A DNA stretch of 64,000 bases from Candidatus Moraniibacteriota bacterium (GCA_038208115.1 JBBQZC010000006.1:3438-67437), one strand, 5' to 3'. Positions 46,752 through 61,535 are shown, counted from the stretch's first letter. The notes: generated by a model from the letters alone, not told the origin. Numbers and translations: made by a program.

Positions 46752-47990
46752 ATGAAACAATCACAATTATTTACCAAAACAAAAAAATTTGCGCCACAGG
46801 ACGAGGTGAGTAAAAATGCGCAATTGCTCATCCGTGCGGGATTTGTGCATAAGGAGATGGCAGGCGCATACGAATTTTTGCCTTTAGGGTGGCGTGTCAT
46901 GAATAAGATCATGAATGTTATCCGTGAAGAAATGAATGCGATCGGGTGTCAAGAACTTTTTATGACATCTCTGCAACGTAAGGAAGTGTGGGAAGCATCG
47001 GGTCGATGGGATGATGAAGTGGTGGATGTTTGGTTTAAAACACGGCTCAAGAACGGCACGGAAATCGGTTTGGCGACAACGCACGAGGAACCTCTGACAG
47101 CATTGATGAAAGAATATGTGTCATCATATAAAGATTTGCCATTTAGTGCCTACCAATTTCAAACAAAGTTTCGCAATGAAGTGCGAGCAAAGAGCGGTAT
47201 TATGCGCGGACGTGAATTTATCATGAAAGATGCGTATTCTTTTTGTGCGTCACAAGAAGAGCATGATGTATTTTATGAAAAAGCAAAACAGGCATATATA
47301 AATATCTTTCGTCGCTTAGGTATCGGTAATCAGACATTTATGACTTTTGCGAGTGGTGGATCGTTTAGTAAATATTCTCATGAATTTCAGACGGTGTGTG
47401 ATGCTGGTGAAGATATCATTTATGTCAGTGAGGAAAAAAATATCGCAATCAATAAAGAGGTATATACTGATGAAGTCTTGGCAGACCTTGGTGTAAAAAA
47501 AGAAGATCTCATAGAAAAAAAAGCTGCAGAAGTAGGAAATATCTTTTCTCTTGGGACGAAATTTAGTGATGCATTTGATCTGACATATGATGCATCGGAT
47601 GGTACAAAAAAGAAAGTGATCATGGGTTCGTATGGCGTCGGTCCTGCGCGCGTCATGGGCGTGGTGACTGAATTATTGTCAGATGATAAAGGGTTGGTGT
47701 GGCCAGAAGTAATTGCGCCATTTACTGTGCATTTATTGAGTCTCGAGCAGAATGATGATGCACAGAAGATCTATGATCAACTGATCGCTGCAGGCATTGA
47801 AGTTCTTTATGACGATCGTGATGCACGTGCAGGAGAAAAATTTGCAGATGCAGAGCTCATCGGTTGTCCGTATCGTGCAGTGGTGAGTCGTAAGTCACTT
47901 GAGCAAGGCGGCGCCGAAGTGTGTTGTCGTACAGAGTCTGAGAACATGATTATGACTGTTGATGCAATGATCGAAAAGTACAAGAACTAA
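46752..47990 (+). CDS. proS: Proline--tRNA ligase (short class II form)
   Basis: Motif 2 'FRNEVRAKSGIMRGREFIMKDAYSF', motif 3 'GSYGVGPARVMG' and a C-terminal anticodon-binding region. Confidence 0.8.
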   Translation: MKQSQLFTKTKKFAPQDEVSKNAQLLIRAGFVHKEMAGAYEFLPLGWRVMNKIMNVIREEMNAIGCQELFMTSLQRKEVWEASGRWDDEVVDVWFKTRLKNGTEIGLATTHEEPLTALMKEYVSSYKDLPFSAYQFQTKFRNEVRAKSGIMRGREFIMKDAYSFCASQEEHDVFYEKAKQAYINIFRRLGIGNQTFMTFASGGSFSKYSHEFQTVCDAGEDIIYVSEEKNIAINKEVYTDEVLADLGVKKEDLIEKKAAEVGNIFSLGTKFSDAFDLTYDASDGTKKKVIMGSYGVGPARVMGVVTELLSDDKGLVWPEVIAPFTVHLLSLEQNDDAQKIYDQLIAAGIEVLYDDRDARAGEKFADAELIGCPYRAVVSRKSLEQGGAEVCCRTESENMIMTVDAMIEKYKN

Positions 47991-48078
47991 TCAACCATAA
48001 CTGTATCACATGATAATATTTCTGAGATGCAGTTAATATAAAAAAGTTTGAATATAATACGTAATAATTAAAAAAAAT

Positions 48079-48291
48079 ATGAAAGAGCTCAATCTACATG
48101 GACGTCGTATCAATATGGATGATAATGCAAGTGAATTGACAATTTATCTTGAAAATCATTTGACAGTTGATGAATTCCAGACGATTTTTGGATATGCAAA
48201 ACATTATAAAACGGCATATTTTCAGGACAACGAGCGTCATCATTTTGTCATTGAATATGATGATGGCATATACACTGTGGATGAAAGATAA
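48079..48291 (+). CDS. Hypothetical protein (70 aa)
   Basis: ORF only. Confidence 0.3.
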   Translation: MKELNLHGRRINMDDNASELTIYLENHLTVDEFQTIFGYAKHYKTAYFQDNERHHFVIEYDDGIYTVDER

Positions 48292-48317
48292 AAAGTAACG
48301 TAATAAGGCGCATATAT

Positions 48318-49025
48318 ATGGTTATCGGTTTTTCATGTGGGGTTTTTCATAAAATGCAAAATAATAGTAATGAGCGATTTTCAGAGAAATCGATTGACCG
48401 TTTTTGTGATGCTGGTGCGAATGCCATAGAGCTTATGTGTCATACAACAGAACATCTTACGCATCTATTATTGAAAAATCATCGATATATTGATCGATTT
48501 GATCATATTTCTATTCATGCACCAGCAGTTGCATATGATGATGATGTTATGTCACATGAATTATTGCAGCAAATAGAAGGTCTTTGCAAAACTTTTGTAA
48601 TCAATAGCGTTGTATTTCATCCAGATATGGTCAAAAATTGGGATGTGCTAAATACATACACTGCTATACCAGTAGCCATCGAAAATATGGATGAACGCAA
48701 AAAATCATTCAGGACACATGATGATGTGAAAAATCTGTTGGATAAATATCCGTTTGGATTGGTAATTGATTTACAACATTGTTTTGCAAATGATCCAGCG
48801 ATGCAACTTGCTCGTGATTTGCATGTGTCTTTTTTTGATCGCATTGTCGGATATCATATAAGCGGATACGATGTGGAGTCGTTGCATGTGCCGCTGTTTG
48901 AGAAAAAGCAAAATGTAATCATTAATGAACTCCAGCGTAAAGATGTGCCAATTATCATTGAAAGTACCTTTGACGTATATGGTGACGCGGATGTGGAAAT
49001 GCGGTATATTCTTGAGCGTCTGTAA
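48318..49025 (+). CDS. Xylose-isomerase-like TIM-barrel protein (endonuclease IV / sugar-phosphate isomerase superfamily)
   Basis: The spaced His/Glu/Asp ligand blocks 'IELM', 'ISIHAP', 'VFHP', 'VAIENMDE' and 'VIDLQHCFA' resemble the AP_endonuc_2 pattern. Confidence 0.4.
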   Translation: MVIGFSCGVFHKMQNNSNERFSEKSIDRFCDAGANAIELMCHTTEHLTHLLLKNHRYIDRFDHISIHAPAVAYDDDVMSHELLQQIEGLCKTFVINSVVFHPDMVKNWDVLNTYTAIPVAIENMDERKKSFRTHDDVKNLLDKYPFGLVIDLQHCFANDPAMQLARDLHVSFFDRIVGYHISGYDVESLHVPLFEKKQNVIINELQRKDVPIIIESTFDVYGDADVEMRYILERL

Positions 49026-49095
49026 ATTTAGATGAAAATAGTGTACCGCATAATGTTGTTACATCAAACTATAAAGAAATAATATATATCAATAT

Positions 49096-49362
49096 ATGCA
49101 AATCGAATTGATGTTGAAAGAAAAAGATGTGACACTCGTATTACGTGACGACGATCGAGAGATTGAGCGTGTGGAGTGGTTTGATGAAAATAATTTGTTG
49201 GAAAAGTTTTTTCCTGCGATTGATGATTTATTAAACCATAATCGTTGTGATATTTGTGATATTGATGATTTTACATTGATTACAGATATTCCGAAAGGAT
49301 ATACGACAGCGCGGATTGCACGAACGATCATTAAGACGTTAAATTTTGCGCGAAAAACATAA
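49096..49362 (+). CDS. Hypothetical protein (88 aa)
   Basis: ORF only. Confidence 0.3.
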   Translation: MQIELMLKEKDVTLVLRDDDREIERVEWFDENNLLEKFFPAIDDLLNHNRCDICDIDDFTLITDIPKGYTTARIARTIIKTLNFARKT

Positions 49363-49449
49363 TATGGTATGATAAATAAAACAATTTTTTCATATGTAAT
49401 AATATGTTAGAATTTCCATCATGATCTCTGAAAAAAGAGATTTTGTAGA

Positions 49450-50640
49450 ATGATGATGGTTTTGGGGAATATAATAAATGATATAATTTGTAACATAAAA
49501 ACAATGACAGAAGAAAACAAGGTGGATGAACAGGAAGAAAAAAAAGACGATGTGGTAACACCAGACGCTGAAGACAAATGTGCAGGTGGCACATGTGGTA
49601 CGGACTGTTGTAGTATCGGTGGTGGCAAGAATATTATTGTGTGGCTTGTTATCGTGGTATTGGTGGTTGCAGGGATTGCATATTTTCAAATGAAAAAGAA
49701 AGATGCTGGTGCCGGAGAAGCAAAGCCTGTGAGCGAAAAAACATCACAAGAAGTCAAAGCAACTTTGACGGAAATGATTGATGGCAAATTAGTGCCAGCA
49801 GGTACAAAGGTTGAGATCGGTGACATTGTTGAAGAAAGTGGTCTTTATAAGATGGTAATTACAGTAGAAGGACAAGAAGTCACATCATATCTCACAAAAG
49901 ATATGACGAAGTTTATCCCTCAATTAATCGAGAAAAAAGATCTTGAGAAAGACACAGAAGAAAAAACTGACGGAGAAGGAGCATCAGCACCAGCTGCAGA
50001 TGTGCAGGCAAAATCGGATAAACCAGAGGTTGAAATTTTTGTGATGAGTCACTGTCCATATGGTACTCAGGTTGAAAAAGGTATTTTGCCAGCTTTAGAT
50101 ACACTTGGAAATACGATAAATGCAAAGTTTAAGTTTGTGGATTATGCGATGCATGGAGAAGAAGAGGTGACAGAACAATTGCGTCAATATTGTATTCAGG
50201 AAAAAGAACCACAAAAATTCAGAAAATATCTTGCTTGCTTTCTGGGATCAAAAGATGCAACAGCATGCATGAGTACGACAGGTGTGAATCAAACAATTCT
50301 TGCACAATGTGCAACAAAGACAGATGCTGATTTCAAAGTGAAGGAACTGCTCAATGATAAGGCATCTTGGGTAAGTGGACAATTCCCACAATTTAATATC
50401 TTCAAAGAAGATAATAAAAAATATGGTGTGCAGGGATCACCTACACTTGTGATTAATGGCGAGATCATCCAGTCGGGTCGCGATAGCGCCAGCTTATTAA
50501 AAGCAATTTGCTCTGCTTTTAAAACACAACCAGCAGCGTGTGCAGTAGAATTATCCACAGAGGAGCCTGCACCAGGATTTGGTCAAGGCAAAGCGGCAGC
50601 AGGCACAACTGACGCAGCATGTGCTACGCCAACAGAATAA
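49450..50640 (+). CDS. Membrane-anchored thioredoxin-fold (DsbA-like) protein with Cys-rich N-terminus
   Basis: 'CAGGTCGTDCCSIGGG' followed by a TM helix. The C-terminal domain 'FVMSHCPYG..GSPTLVINGEII' has a thioredoxin-like topology. Confidence 0.4.
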   Translation: MMMVLGNIINDIICNIKTMTEENKVDEQEEKKDDVVTPDAEDKCAGGTCGTDCCSIGGGKNIIVWLVIVVLVVAGIAYFQMKKKDAGAGEAKPVSEKTSQEVKATLTEMIDGKLVPAGTKVEIGDIVEESGLYKMVITVEGQEVTSYLTKDMTKFIPQLIEKKDLEKDTEEKTDGEGASAPAADVQAKSDKPEVEIFVMSHCPYGTQVEKGILPALDTLGNTINAKFKFVDYAMHGEEEVTEQLRQYCIQEKEPQKFRKYLACFLGSKDATACMSTTGVNQTILAQCATKTDADFKVKELLNDKASWVSGQFPQFNIFKEDNKKYGVQGSPTLVINGEIIQSGRDSASLLKAICSAFKTQPAACAVELSTEEPAPGFGQGKAAAGTTDAACATPTE

Positions 50641-50671
50641 TGAATGTGATGAATTCACAATGAATAATCGA

Positions 50672-50710
50672 CAAGAACCCTCTCTGAATTTTACAGAGAG
50701 GGTTCTTGTG
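50672..50710 (+). terminator. Strong hairpin terminator (15-bp stem)
   Basis: 'caagaaccctctctg aatttta cagagagggttcttg'. Confidence 0.55.
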
Positions 50711-50922
50711 TATAAGATGTGTATAATAGTGAAATAGTGATCAAAATGTGTATAAAATGTGAATAATTTCTGTAAAATGTGCTAAGCAATCATGCAAAAA
50801 ATAGTAAAATGCACATGATTTTACGCAATCGTATAGTACTTAAAAAACGGAGATTTATGAGGAAAATTCTCATGAAATAGAATTGATGAATGTGTGGTAC
50901 GAGCGGTAAATAATAGCCTCAT

Positions 50923-50957
50923 TTGACAATAGAATTATTATCTGCTACTATTCTTGG
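50923..50957 (+). promoter_or_regulatory. Candidate rpoBC promoter TTGACA-N17-TACTAT
   Basis: 'ttgaca atagaattattatctgc tactat'. Confidence 0.35.
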
Positions 50958-51158
50958 TACTGAAAAATAATCCACTTTAATGGTACGGATTGTTTGTTGG
51001 GAAACAAGTAATTTTGTGTCAAGTTTGGATGCAACACATCGGACATTATTGTACGACAATTAAATAGTAATCATTCAAAACTCCATCAGAGAGGTATTTC
51101 TCTTGCTTTCAAGAAGTTGAACAAAGTAAAGAATATCGAGATGATGGGAGGTCTTTTT

Positions 51159-54578
<3,420 letters not shown>

Positions 54579-54594
54579 TAACTGAATCAAACTT

Positions 54595-57500
54595 ATGGAA
54601 AATGTAACAAAGGTTAGTGATTTCGATAGCGTCCGACTTCGTCTTGCGAGTCCTGAAAATATCTTGGGGTGGTCACATGGTGAGATTACAAAACCAGAAA
54701 CGATCAATTATCGCACACAGCGATATGAAATGGACGGATTGTTTTGTGAACGAATTTTTGGACCATCCAAAGATTGGGAGTGTTATTGTGGAAAATACAA
54801 ACGTATTCGATATAAAGGGATTACATGTGATAAATGTGGTGTTGAGGTAACGCGTTCGATCATTCGTCGTGAACGAATGGGACATATTCAACTTGCTGTG
54901 CCGATTTCACATATTTGGTTCTTGCGTGGTGTGCCGAGCAAAATCGGTCTTGCACTTGGATTATCTCCACAGTCTCTCGAGAAAGTGATTTACTTTTCTT
55001 CATACATTGTTACACACGTTGATGAGCATGCACGAGAAAAGGCAATGGAGAGTCTTGAAAGTGAGTTCAAACACAAGCAAAAAGATTTCAAAGCAAGTGG
55101 TGATGATGAGACGATGCTAGAATTGAAAAAGCAATATCGTTCAAAGCGTGATGCACTTCGCAACCTTACATTGTACCAGATTTTGAGCGAGGTGGAATAT
55201 TTCAATCTCTCAACAAGTTTTGGACAAGTATTCACAGCTGGTATTGGCGCAGAGGCGATCAAGGACATCCTTGCTGAAATGAATGTGGACAAAATGATGA
55301 AAGGTCTTTCAGGAGGAATCGAAGAAGCTGATTCAATCCTCAAGAAAAAAATTCTCAAACGTATTAAATTTTTTCAAGGCATCAAAAAAGCGCAGATCAA
55401 ATTAGAGTGGATGTTACCAACAGTGATTCCTGTTATACCACCAGATCTTCGTCCAATGGTTGCTCTTGATGGTGGACGATTTGCGACATCTGACCTTAAT
55501 GATCTTTATCGTCGTATTATCAATCGAAATAATCGTTTAAAAAAATTACTTGAACTACATGCACCAGAGGTGATCACGCGTAATGAAAAACGTATGCTTC
55601 AGGAGGCAGTTGATGCACTTTTTGATAACAGTGCACGTCGTGGACAGGCATCTGTTGCAGCTTCCACAGGACAACGTCGTCCTTTGCGATCACTTGCAGA
55701 TTCTTTGAAGGGTAAACAAGGACGTTTTCGTCAAAACTTGCTCGGTAAACGTGTCGATTATTCAGGACGTAGTGTAATCGTCATTGGACCGCAACTCAAG
55801 TTACACCAAGCTGGTTTACCAAAACGTATGGCATTGGAGTTATTCAAGCCGTTTATCATCAACAAACTGATCGAACGGGAGTATGCGCACAATGTGCGAA
55901 CGGCAGGACGTATGGTAGATAATGAGACTGAAGAGGCATATGAGATCTTGGATGATATTATTTCTCATCACTATGTCATGCTTAACCGTGCGCCGACCTT
56001 ACATCGTTTGTCGATTCAATCATTCCAGCCTGTGTTGATCGAAGGTAAGGCAATTCAGTTACATCCGATGGTATGCGCTGCGTTTAATGCAGACTTTGAT
56101 GGAGATCAGATGGCTGTACATGTGCCACTTACTGATAAAGCACGTGAAGAAAGTGCAAATATCATGCTATCATCTAAAAACCTTATCAAGCCAGCAAGTG
56201 GTGAACCGATTACAACGCCAACTCTTGATCTTGTGCTCGGAATCTATTATTTGACGCATATCAAAGCAAATGCAAAAGGCGAAGGTAAAATATTTACAGG
56301 CATTGATGAAGCGATCTTGGCCTATCAAAATGAAGCAATTGCCGTTAATGCAGAGATTAATATGCTTTACAAGGGTAAGGTATATAAGACATCTGTAGGA
56401 CGTGGTATGTTCAATGATATCTTGCCAGAAAAGATGCGTTTCTTAAACGCTGAAATGACAAAGAAAGAATTGAAAGAAGTTGTTTCACAAATGCTCGAAA
56501 CTTCTGGACAAGAGGAGACAGCGTTATTCATTGATCGTGTTAAAAATCTTGGTTTCAAAAGTGTTACATTGTCAGGTATCAGTTGGGGCATGGATGATCT
56601 TGTAGTGCCAAAAGAGAAAAAAGAAATTTTGGCAGGAGCAAAGAAAAAAGTTGAAGAAGTCAAAGACAACTTTGATATGGGTCTTTTGACAAATGAAGAA
56701 CGAAAAAATCGTACAATCGATATTTGGAACAAGGCAAAAGACGATATCACAGATGCAGTGCGTGCATCTCTCGATAAAGAGGGTCCAGTATATTCTATGG
56801 TGTATTCAAAAGCTCGTGGTAGTGAGTCTGTAGTCGTACAGATGACGGGTATGAAAGGTCTTATGGCTGGTGCAACTGGAGAGACATTGGAGTTGCCTGT
56901 GCGAAGTTCATATAAAGAGGGATTGGATGTATTGGAATACTTTATATCGACACATGGTGCGCGTAAAGGTATGGCAGATACAGCTCTTCGTACTGCAACA
57001 GCAGGTTACCTCACACGTCGTCTCGTAGATGTTGCTCAGGATGTGATCGTGACAGAAGAAAACTGTGGTGATCGAACCGGCGGATTTATGTATCGTGAAG
57101 ATTCTGATCGCATCGGTATTTCATTTGCTTCTCGTGTTGAAGGACGATTTGCTGTTGGAGCAATCAAACATCCAAAGACAGATAAAGTAATTGTCGAGTC
57201 GAGTGAATTGATTACTAAAAAACAGGCTAAGGCAATTGAGGAATCAGGTGCTGAAAAAGTGAAGATCCGTACAACAACATCATGTAAAACATTGCGTGGC
57301 ATTTGTCAAAAGTGTTATGGTGTCGATCTCGGACGACGATCTATCGTTGCGCTCGGTCAAGCAGTTGGTACTGTAGCAGCTCAAGCAATCGGTGAACCTG
57401 GTACACAGCTTACGATGCGTACGTTTCATATCGGAGGTGTTGCGGGATCTGATATTACACAAGGTCTTCCTCGTGTAGAAGAAATCTTTGAAGCTCGTAC

Positions 57501-58167
57501 ACCGAAAGGAGAATCGATTATTTCAGAAATTGATGGTGTCGTCGTAGAAGTAGAAGATGACGGAGGTAAAATGGTAACAATCGTGATCGAAAAAGAAGGC
57601 AAGCGTAAAATGCAGAAAAAATATAACGTGCCATCTAACTCGACGATCAATGTCGTGAAAGGCGACCTCGTCGCAAAAGGTACTCAACTTAATGATGGGC
57701 ATATCGATCTTAAGAAATTGTATGAGACGATGGGCAAGGAAGAAGTACATCGCTATATCGTACGTGAGATTCAAGAGATTTATGCTGCACAGGGTGAAGG
57801 TATCAATGATAAACATGTGGAAATCATCATTCGTCAGATGTTCTCACGTATACGTATCACAGAAGCAGGCGATACAACATTGATCCCAGGCGAAATTGTG
57901 GAGCTGAGTGAATTCAATGATTCAAATATTGAGGCGCTTGAAGCAAAGGGCAAAGAGGCTGAAGGTGAATCAATGATATTGGGCATCACAAAAGTTGCAC
58001 TTTCTACAGAGTCATTCCTTTCAGCTGCATCTTTCCAAGAAACTGCTCGCGTACTTATTAACGCAGCAATTACTGGAAAGAAAGATCATCTCCGTGGTCT
58101 CAAGGAGAATGTGATCATCGGACGATTGATCCCAGCGGGAACTGGTTTTCGTCAGAAGAAAAAGTAA
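54595..58167 (+). CDS. rpoC: DNA-directed RNA polymerase subunit beta'
   Basis: The N-terminal Zn-finger '[23 protein letters not shown]' and the '[12 protein letters not shown]' catalytic motif are present. Confidence 0.95.
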   Translation: MENVTKVSDFDSVRLRLASPENILGWSHGEITKPETINYRTQRYEMDGLFCERIFGPSKDWECYCGKYKRIRYKGITCDKCGVEVTRSIIRRERMGHIQLAVPISHIWFLRGVPSKIGLALGLSPQSLEKVIYFSSYIVTHVDEHAREKAMESLESEFKHKQKDFKASGDDETMLELKKQYRSKRDALRNLTLYQILSEVEYFNLSTSFGQVFTAGIGAEAIKDILAEMNVDKMMKGLSGGIEEADSILKKKILKRIKFFQGIKKAQIKLEWMLPTVIPVIPPDLRPMVALDGGRFATSDLNDLYRRIINRNNRLKKLLELHAPEVITRNEKRMLQEAVDALFDNSARRGQASVAASTGQRRPLRSLADSLKGKQGRFRQNLLGKRVDYSGRSVIVIGPQLKLHQAGLPKRMALELFKPFIINKLIEREYAHNVRTAGRMVDNETEEAYEILDDIISHHYVMLNRAPTLHRLSIQSFQPVLIEGKAIQLHPMVCAAFNADFDGDQMAVHVPLTDKAREESANIMLSSKNLIKPASGEPITTPTLDLVLGIYYLTHIKANAKGEGKIFTGIDEAILAYQNEAIAVNAEINMLYKGKVYKTSVGRGMFNDILPEKMRFLNAEMTKKELKEVVSQMLETSGQEETALFIDRVKNLGFKSVTLSGISWGMDDLVVPKEKKEILAGAKKKVEEVKDNFDMGLLTNEERKNRTIDIWNKAKDDITDAVRASLDKEGPVYSMVYSKARGSESVVVQMTGMKGLMAGATGETLELPVRSSYKEGLDVLEYFISTHGARKGMADTALRTATAGYLTRRLVDVAQDVIVTEENCGDRTGGFMYREDSDRIGISFASRVEGRFAVGAIKHPKTDKVIVESSELITKKQAKAIEESGAEKVKIRTTTSCKTLRGICQKCYGVDLGRRSIVALGQAVGTVAAQAIGEPGTQLTMRTFHIGGVAGSDITQGLPRVEEIFEARTPKGESIISEIDGVVVEVEDDGGKMVTIVIEKEGKRKMQKKYNVPSNSTINVVKGDLVAKGTQLNDGHIDLKKLYETMGKEEVHRYIVREIQEIYAAQGEGINDKHVEIIIRQMFSRIRITEAGDTTLIPGEIVELSEFNDSNIEALEAKGKEAEGESMILGITKVALSTESFLSAASFQETARVLINAAITGKKDHLRGLKENVIIGRLIPAGTGFRQKKK

Positions 58168-58205
58168 TTTCTGTATCGACAGTGTTGTGAATAATTGAAA
58201 GAAAA

Positions 58206-58245
58206 ACCATCTCGCTTTAGGCGAGGTGGTTTTTTGATTGACGAA
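58206..58245. terminator. Bidirectional rho-independent terminator after rpoC
   Basis: 'aaaaaccatctcgc ttta ggcgaggtggtttttt'. Confidence 0.65.
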
Positions 58246-58455
58246 AGTTTGATATAAGTGATATGATACACATGGTGTGAAACTGTGGGTCCAAAATTTC
58301 AAACGTGGTCTGACAATAATGTAAGTCACTCATCCAATTTCGCCCTCTCACACCTAACCCTTGTAACAGCTGTTATGGGGGTTTCTTTTTGAACATAATT
58401 ATGAAAAAGAGTGCCGTGATTGACAATTATTATGCCTATTGGTATGATAATTATA

Positions 58456-58587
58456 TCGTGACATTGAGCTCGGGACGAAAAACCGCCATGTTGCCACGCA
58501 CGCTGTGGTCATACAAATGTAATGCGAATCCATTCGCTCCCTGTCACACCTCCTTATAGGTAATCTATGAGGAGCTTTTTTTATATA
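58456..58587 (+). ncRNA. Candidate small RNA (~130 nt) with its own promoter (TTGACA-N17-TATGAT at 58421-58449) and terminator; second of two tandem related units
   Basis: Promoter 'ttgaca attattatgcctattgg tatgat'. Terminator 'ctcctt ataggtaatctatg aggag cttttttt'. The body is GC-richer than its surroundings. Its 3' half is paralogous to 58300-58390. Confidence 0.3.
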
Positions 58588-59150
58588 CAATATGGTTGAA
58601 CATGTTTTTTGATCTCATCACGAAAGGCAGTGATCAAGAGATCTCGTGCTGCTGTTTCGGTGATGCCTCGTGTAGTGAGGTATGCCATTTGATCTGGATC
58701 AAGTGGTTTTGTCGATGAGCGGTGCATGCACGTGACTTCATGTGGATGCACTTCAAGCTGTGGCATGCTTATGGCGTGTGCGTGGTCCGAAAGAATGAGA
58801 TTGTGATTAGTGAGTTCAGCATGGACATGTTGAGCCTCTTTTGCAATGTGGATCTTTCCAGTGAAATGAAAAAACGATCGATCCTGCAATATGCTTTTGA
58901 TGAGTGTGGTGCTTTTGCTTTCAGCTGCTTCGTGCCTATGCGTGATGTTTAGTGTATAGTGATCATCGTGAGCGCCGTCATACAGACCATAAACGGAGAC
59001 GTATGCTTGCTTTGTGGTAATAGTAAAGGTAATGTTTGCAGTAATATTTGCAATATAAAAAATATGCTCGCCGGGTGTGGAGATTTCGTAATTATGAATT
59101 GTATTGTCGGTAATTTTTTGAAACATAGCGTTTATGATGATCTTATCCAA
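58581..59150 (-). CDS. sufD: Short SufD-like (SufB/SufD C-terminal domain) protein
   Basis: 189 aa. Its start overlaps the sufB stop. It sits at the SufD position of the suf operon. Confidence 0.5.
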   Translation of the reverse strand: MDKIIINAMFQKITDNTIHNYEISTPGEHIFYIANITANITFTITTKQAYVSVYGLYDGAHDDHYTLNITHRHEAAESKSTTLIKSILQDRSFFHFTGKIHIAKEAQHVHAELTNHNLILSDHAHAISMPQLEVHPHEVTCMHRSSTKPLDPDQMAYLTTRGITETAARDLLITAFRDEIKKHVQPYCI

Positions 59151-60603
59151 TTGACTTGTCCATTTCCATGTTGATCAGACGGTATAGTTCGACAGAATAT
59201 TCCAATGGGATTTCCTTGGTAATTTCATCGATGAATCCATTGACCATCATGCTCCGTGCGTGAGATTCGGTGAGTCCGCGAGACATAAAGTAAAATAATT
59301 TATCGTGATCGAGACTTTCAATACTTGCTTCGTGGGACACCTGCGCAGTGTTATTTTTTATGTCCATAGTGGGATACGTATTTGATTGTGATTCATTATC
59401 CAAGAGCATGGCGTCACATTGGGTGAAACTTTTTGCATGCTTTGCATCTTTCGATATGGTGACGAGACCACGATAATGAGATACGCCACCATTCAGAGAA
59501 ATCGATTTTGAGATGATGTGTGACGATGTATGTTTTGCAAGGTGGATCATTTTTGCACCTGTATCCAGTATTTGCCCTTTATTTGCAAGCGCCATAGAGA
59601 TCATGATGCCACGCGCATTTTTACCAGAGAGGAGGACTGCGGGATATTTCATCGTGACGCCAGAGCCGATATTGCAGTCGATCCATTCTACTGTCGCGTT
59701 TTCTTCTGCTTTTGCCCGTTTAGTCACGAGATTATAAATATTGGTACTCCAATTTTGGATTGTGGTGTAGCGCACTTTGGCATTTTTGAGTGCGTATATT
59801 TCCACGACTGCTGCATGCAGTGATTCCGTGGAATAGGCAGGGGCAGTGCAACCCTCAATATAATGAATGGACGAATCTTCATCAGCGATGATCAGAGTGC
59901 GTTCAAATTGACCGAATCGTTCCGCATTGATACGGAAATATGCTTGAAGAGGCATTTTGATATGCACTCCTTTGGGCACATAAATAAAAGATCCGCCTGA
60001 CCATACAGCAGAATTGAGAGCGGCAAATTTATTATCTGTAGGGGGGATGAGTTTCGCAAAATATTTTTTAATAATCTCTGTATGTGTACGCATTGCAGTG
60101 TCCATATCACAAAAGATCACGCCTTGTTTTACCAAGTCCTTGTGCATGGACTCATACACGACTTCACTTTCATATTGAGCACTGACACCTGCGAGCCATT
60201 TTTTTTCATGCTCAGGTACGCCGATGCGATCATATGTCTCTTTGATCTCATCTGGCAAGTCATCCCATGATTTTTCTTGTTTTTCTGTGGCACGGAGAAA
60301 ATAGGTTATGTTGTCAAAATCGATATGTGAGAGGTCCGGTCCCCAGGTGGGCATCTTTTTTTCATTAAAAATGGCAAATGATTTGAGGCGAAAGTCTCGC
60401 ATCCATGATTCTTCATTTTTATAGTCACTGATCGATCGTATGACTGCTTCATCGATCCCACGTTTGGTTTTTTGTACAGAAACTTCTGACATGACGAAAT
60501 CATGTTTTTGATCCGAATCAAGATTGGTTTTTGAAACAGGACGTGTCATATAAGGGTTGTTATTTATAGCCGTCAAATTCAATTTTTTGTGCGAGAGTGG
60601 CAT
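59143..60603 (-). CDS. sufB: Fe-S cluster assembly protein SufB
   Basis: 'GGSFIYVPKGVHIKMPLQAYFRINAERFGQFERTLIIADEDSSIHYIEGCTAPAY'. An alternative start at 60549 (MTRPVS) would remove the overlap with sufC. Confidence 0.85.
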   Translation of the reverse strand: MPLSHKKLNLTAINNNPYMTRPVSKTNLDSDQKHDFVMSEVSVQKTKRGIDEAVIRSISDYKNEESWMRDFRLKSFAIFNEKKMPTWGPDLSHIDFDNITYFLRATEKQEKSWDDLPDEIKETYDRIGVPEHEKKWLAGVSAQYESEVVYESMHKDLVKQGVIFCDMDTAMRTHTEIIKKYFAKLIPPTDNKFAALNSAVWSGGSFIYVPKGVHIKMPLQAYFRINAERFGQFERTLIIADEDSSIHYIEGCTAPAYSTESLHAAVVEIYALKNAKVRYTTIQNWSTNIYNLVTKRAKAEENATVEWIDCNIGSGVTMKYPAVLLSGKNARGIMISMALANKGQILDTGAKMIHLAKHTSSHIISKSISLNGGVSHYRGLVTISKDAKHAKSFTQCDAMLLDNESQSNTYPTMDIKNNTAQVSHEASIESLDHDKLFYFMSRGLTESHARSMMVNGFIDEITKEIPLEYSVELYRLINMEMDKSIG

Positions 60604-61273
60604 CGCCTTTCTGTGTGATCGTTCCGTCTCGCATGATGATCACCTCATCGACAGGTAATTGAGAAAGAATGCGATTATAATGTGTGATGAATATGATCGT
60701 TTTTTGTGGAGCATTATTTATTATTGTGTTGAGAAATTGTGTAATCGTTTTGAGAGAATCAATATCAACGCCAGTGTCGATCTCATCAAGAATGATATAT
60801 CGTGGATCTAAAATAGCTGCCTGGAGAACCTCCATTTTTTTGCGTTCGCCACCGCTGAAGTTTTCATTAAGCGATCGTGAAAGAAGGTCCTTGGATATTT
60901 CTAATTCTTGTGCAGTATGTGCGATTATTTCCAATAATTTTTTGCTCGGATGTGTATCACGAGGCAGTGCTGTGCGTAGGAGTTGTTGAACTGTAACACC
61001 ATGAATTGCGAGAGGGGACTGCGGGGATAAAAAAATACCTTTTTTGGCACGATCATACGCTGTGTGATCATTGATTGATAGTTCATCAAGCATAATTGAG
61101 CCATGAGTAATAATCATCCGTGGATCTCCCATAATCGTTCTTGCGAGAGTGCTTTTGCCAGAACCGTTTTTACCCATGATGGCATAAATTTTTCCATTAT
61201 CAAAATCGAGGGAAATGTCATGAAGAATTTCTTTATTTTCTGCTTTGACTGATATATTTTTGAGAGAAAGCAT
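60560..61273 (-). CDS. sufC: Fe-S cluster assembly ATPase SufC
   Basis: Walker A 'GKNGSGKSTL', signature 'FSGGERKKMEVLQA'. The start is set at MLSLKNISV. The track's 49-codon N-terminal extension runs through a tRNA gene. Confidence 0.85.
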   Translation of the reverse strand: MLSLKNISVKAENKEILHDISLDFDNGKIYAIMGKNGSGKSTLARTIMGDPRMIITHGSIMLDELSINDHTAYDRAKKGIFLSPQSPLAIHGVTVQQLLRTALPRDTHPSKKLLEIIAHTAQELEISKDLLSRSLNENFSGGERKKMEVLQAAILDPRYIILDEIDTGVDIDSLKTITQFLNTIINNAPQKTIIFITHYNRILSQLPVDEVIIMRDGTITQKGDATLAQKIEFDGYK

Positions 61274-61318
61274 ATAGAGTTTTTTAGATGATAAAATCCG
61301 CTTGAGCGGATTTGAATG

Positions 61319-61407
61319 GGCGGAGGCGGAGGGATTCGAACCCCCGGTCCCCGTGAAGGGACTTCGGTTTTCAAGACCGATGCGATCGACCACTCTGCCA
61401 CACCTCC
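61319..61407 (-). tRNA. tRNA-Ser (anticodon TGA), type II with long variable arm
   Basis: The minus strand reads 'GGAGGTGTGGCAGAGTGGTCGATCGCATCGGTCTTGAAAACCGAAGTCCCTTCACGGGGACCGGGGGTTCGAATCCCTCCGCCTCCG'. The anticodon loop is CTTGAAA, the discriminator G is present, and the GTTCGAATC T-loop is present. Confidence 0.8.
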
Positions 61408-61535
61408 GTGTTGAATTCAAAAAATACTCTTTGAAACAGTCGAATAGTCATTACTGATACAGACTATATCATAACAGGTGGTAGCGTTTTTGTAAATATG
61501 ATATAATATGACTAATCAAAAGATAAAAAAAATCT

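Noticed and set aside
61274-61420. 49-codon N-terminal extension of SufC in the track ORF
   Set aside because: It runs through a well-formed tRNA-Ser gene on the same strand. The conserved SufC sequence begins at MLSLKNISV (61273).
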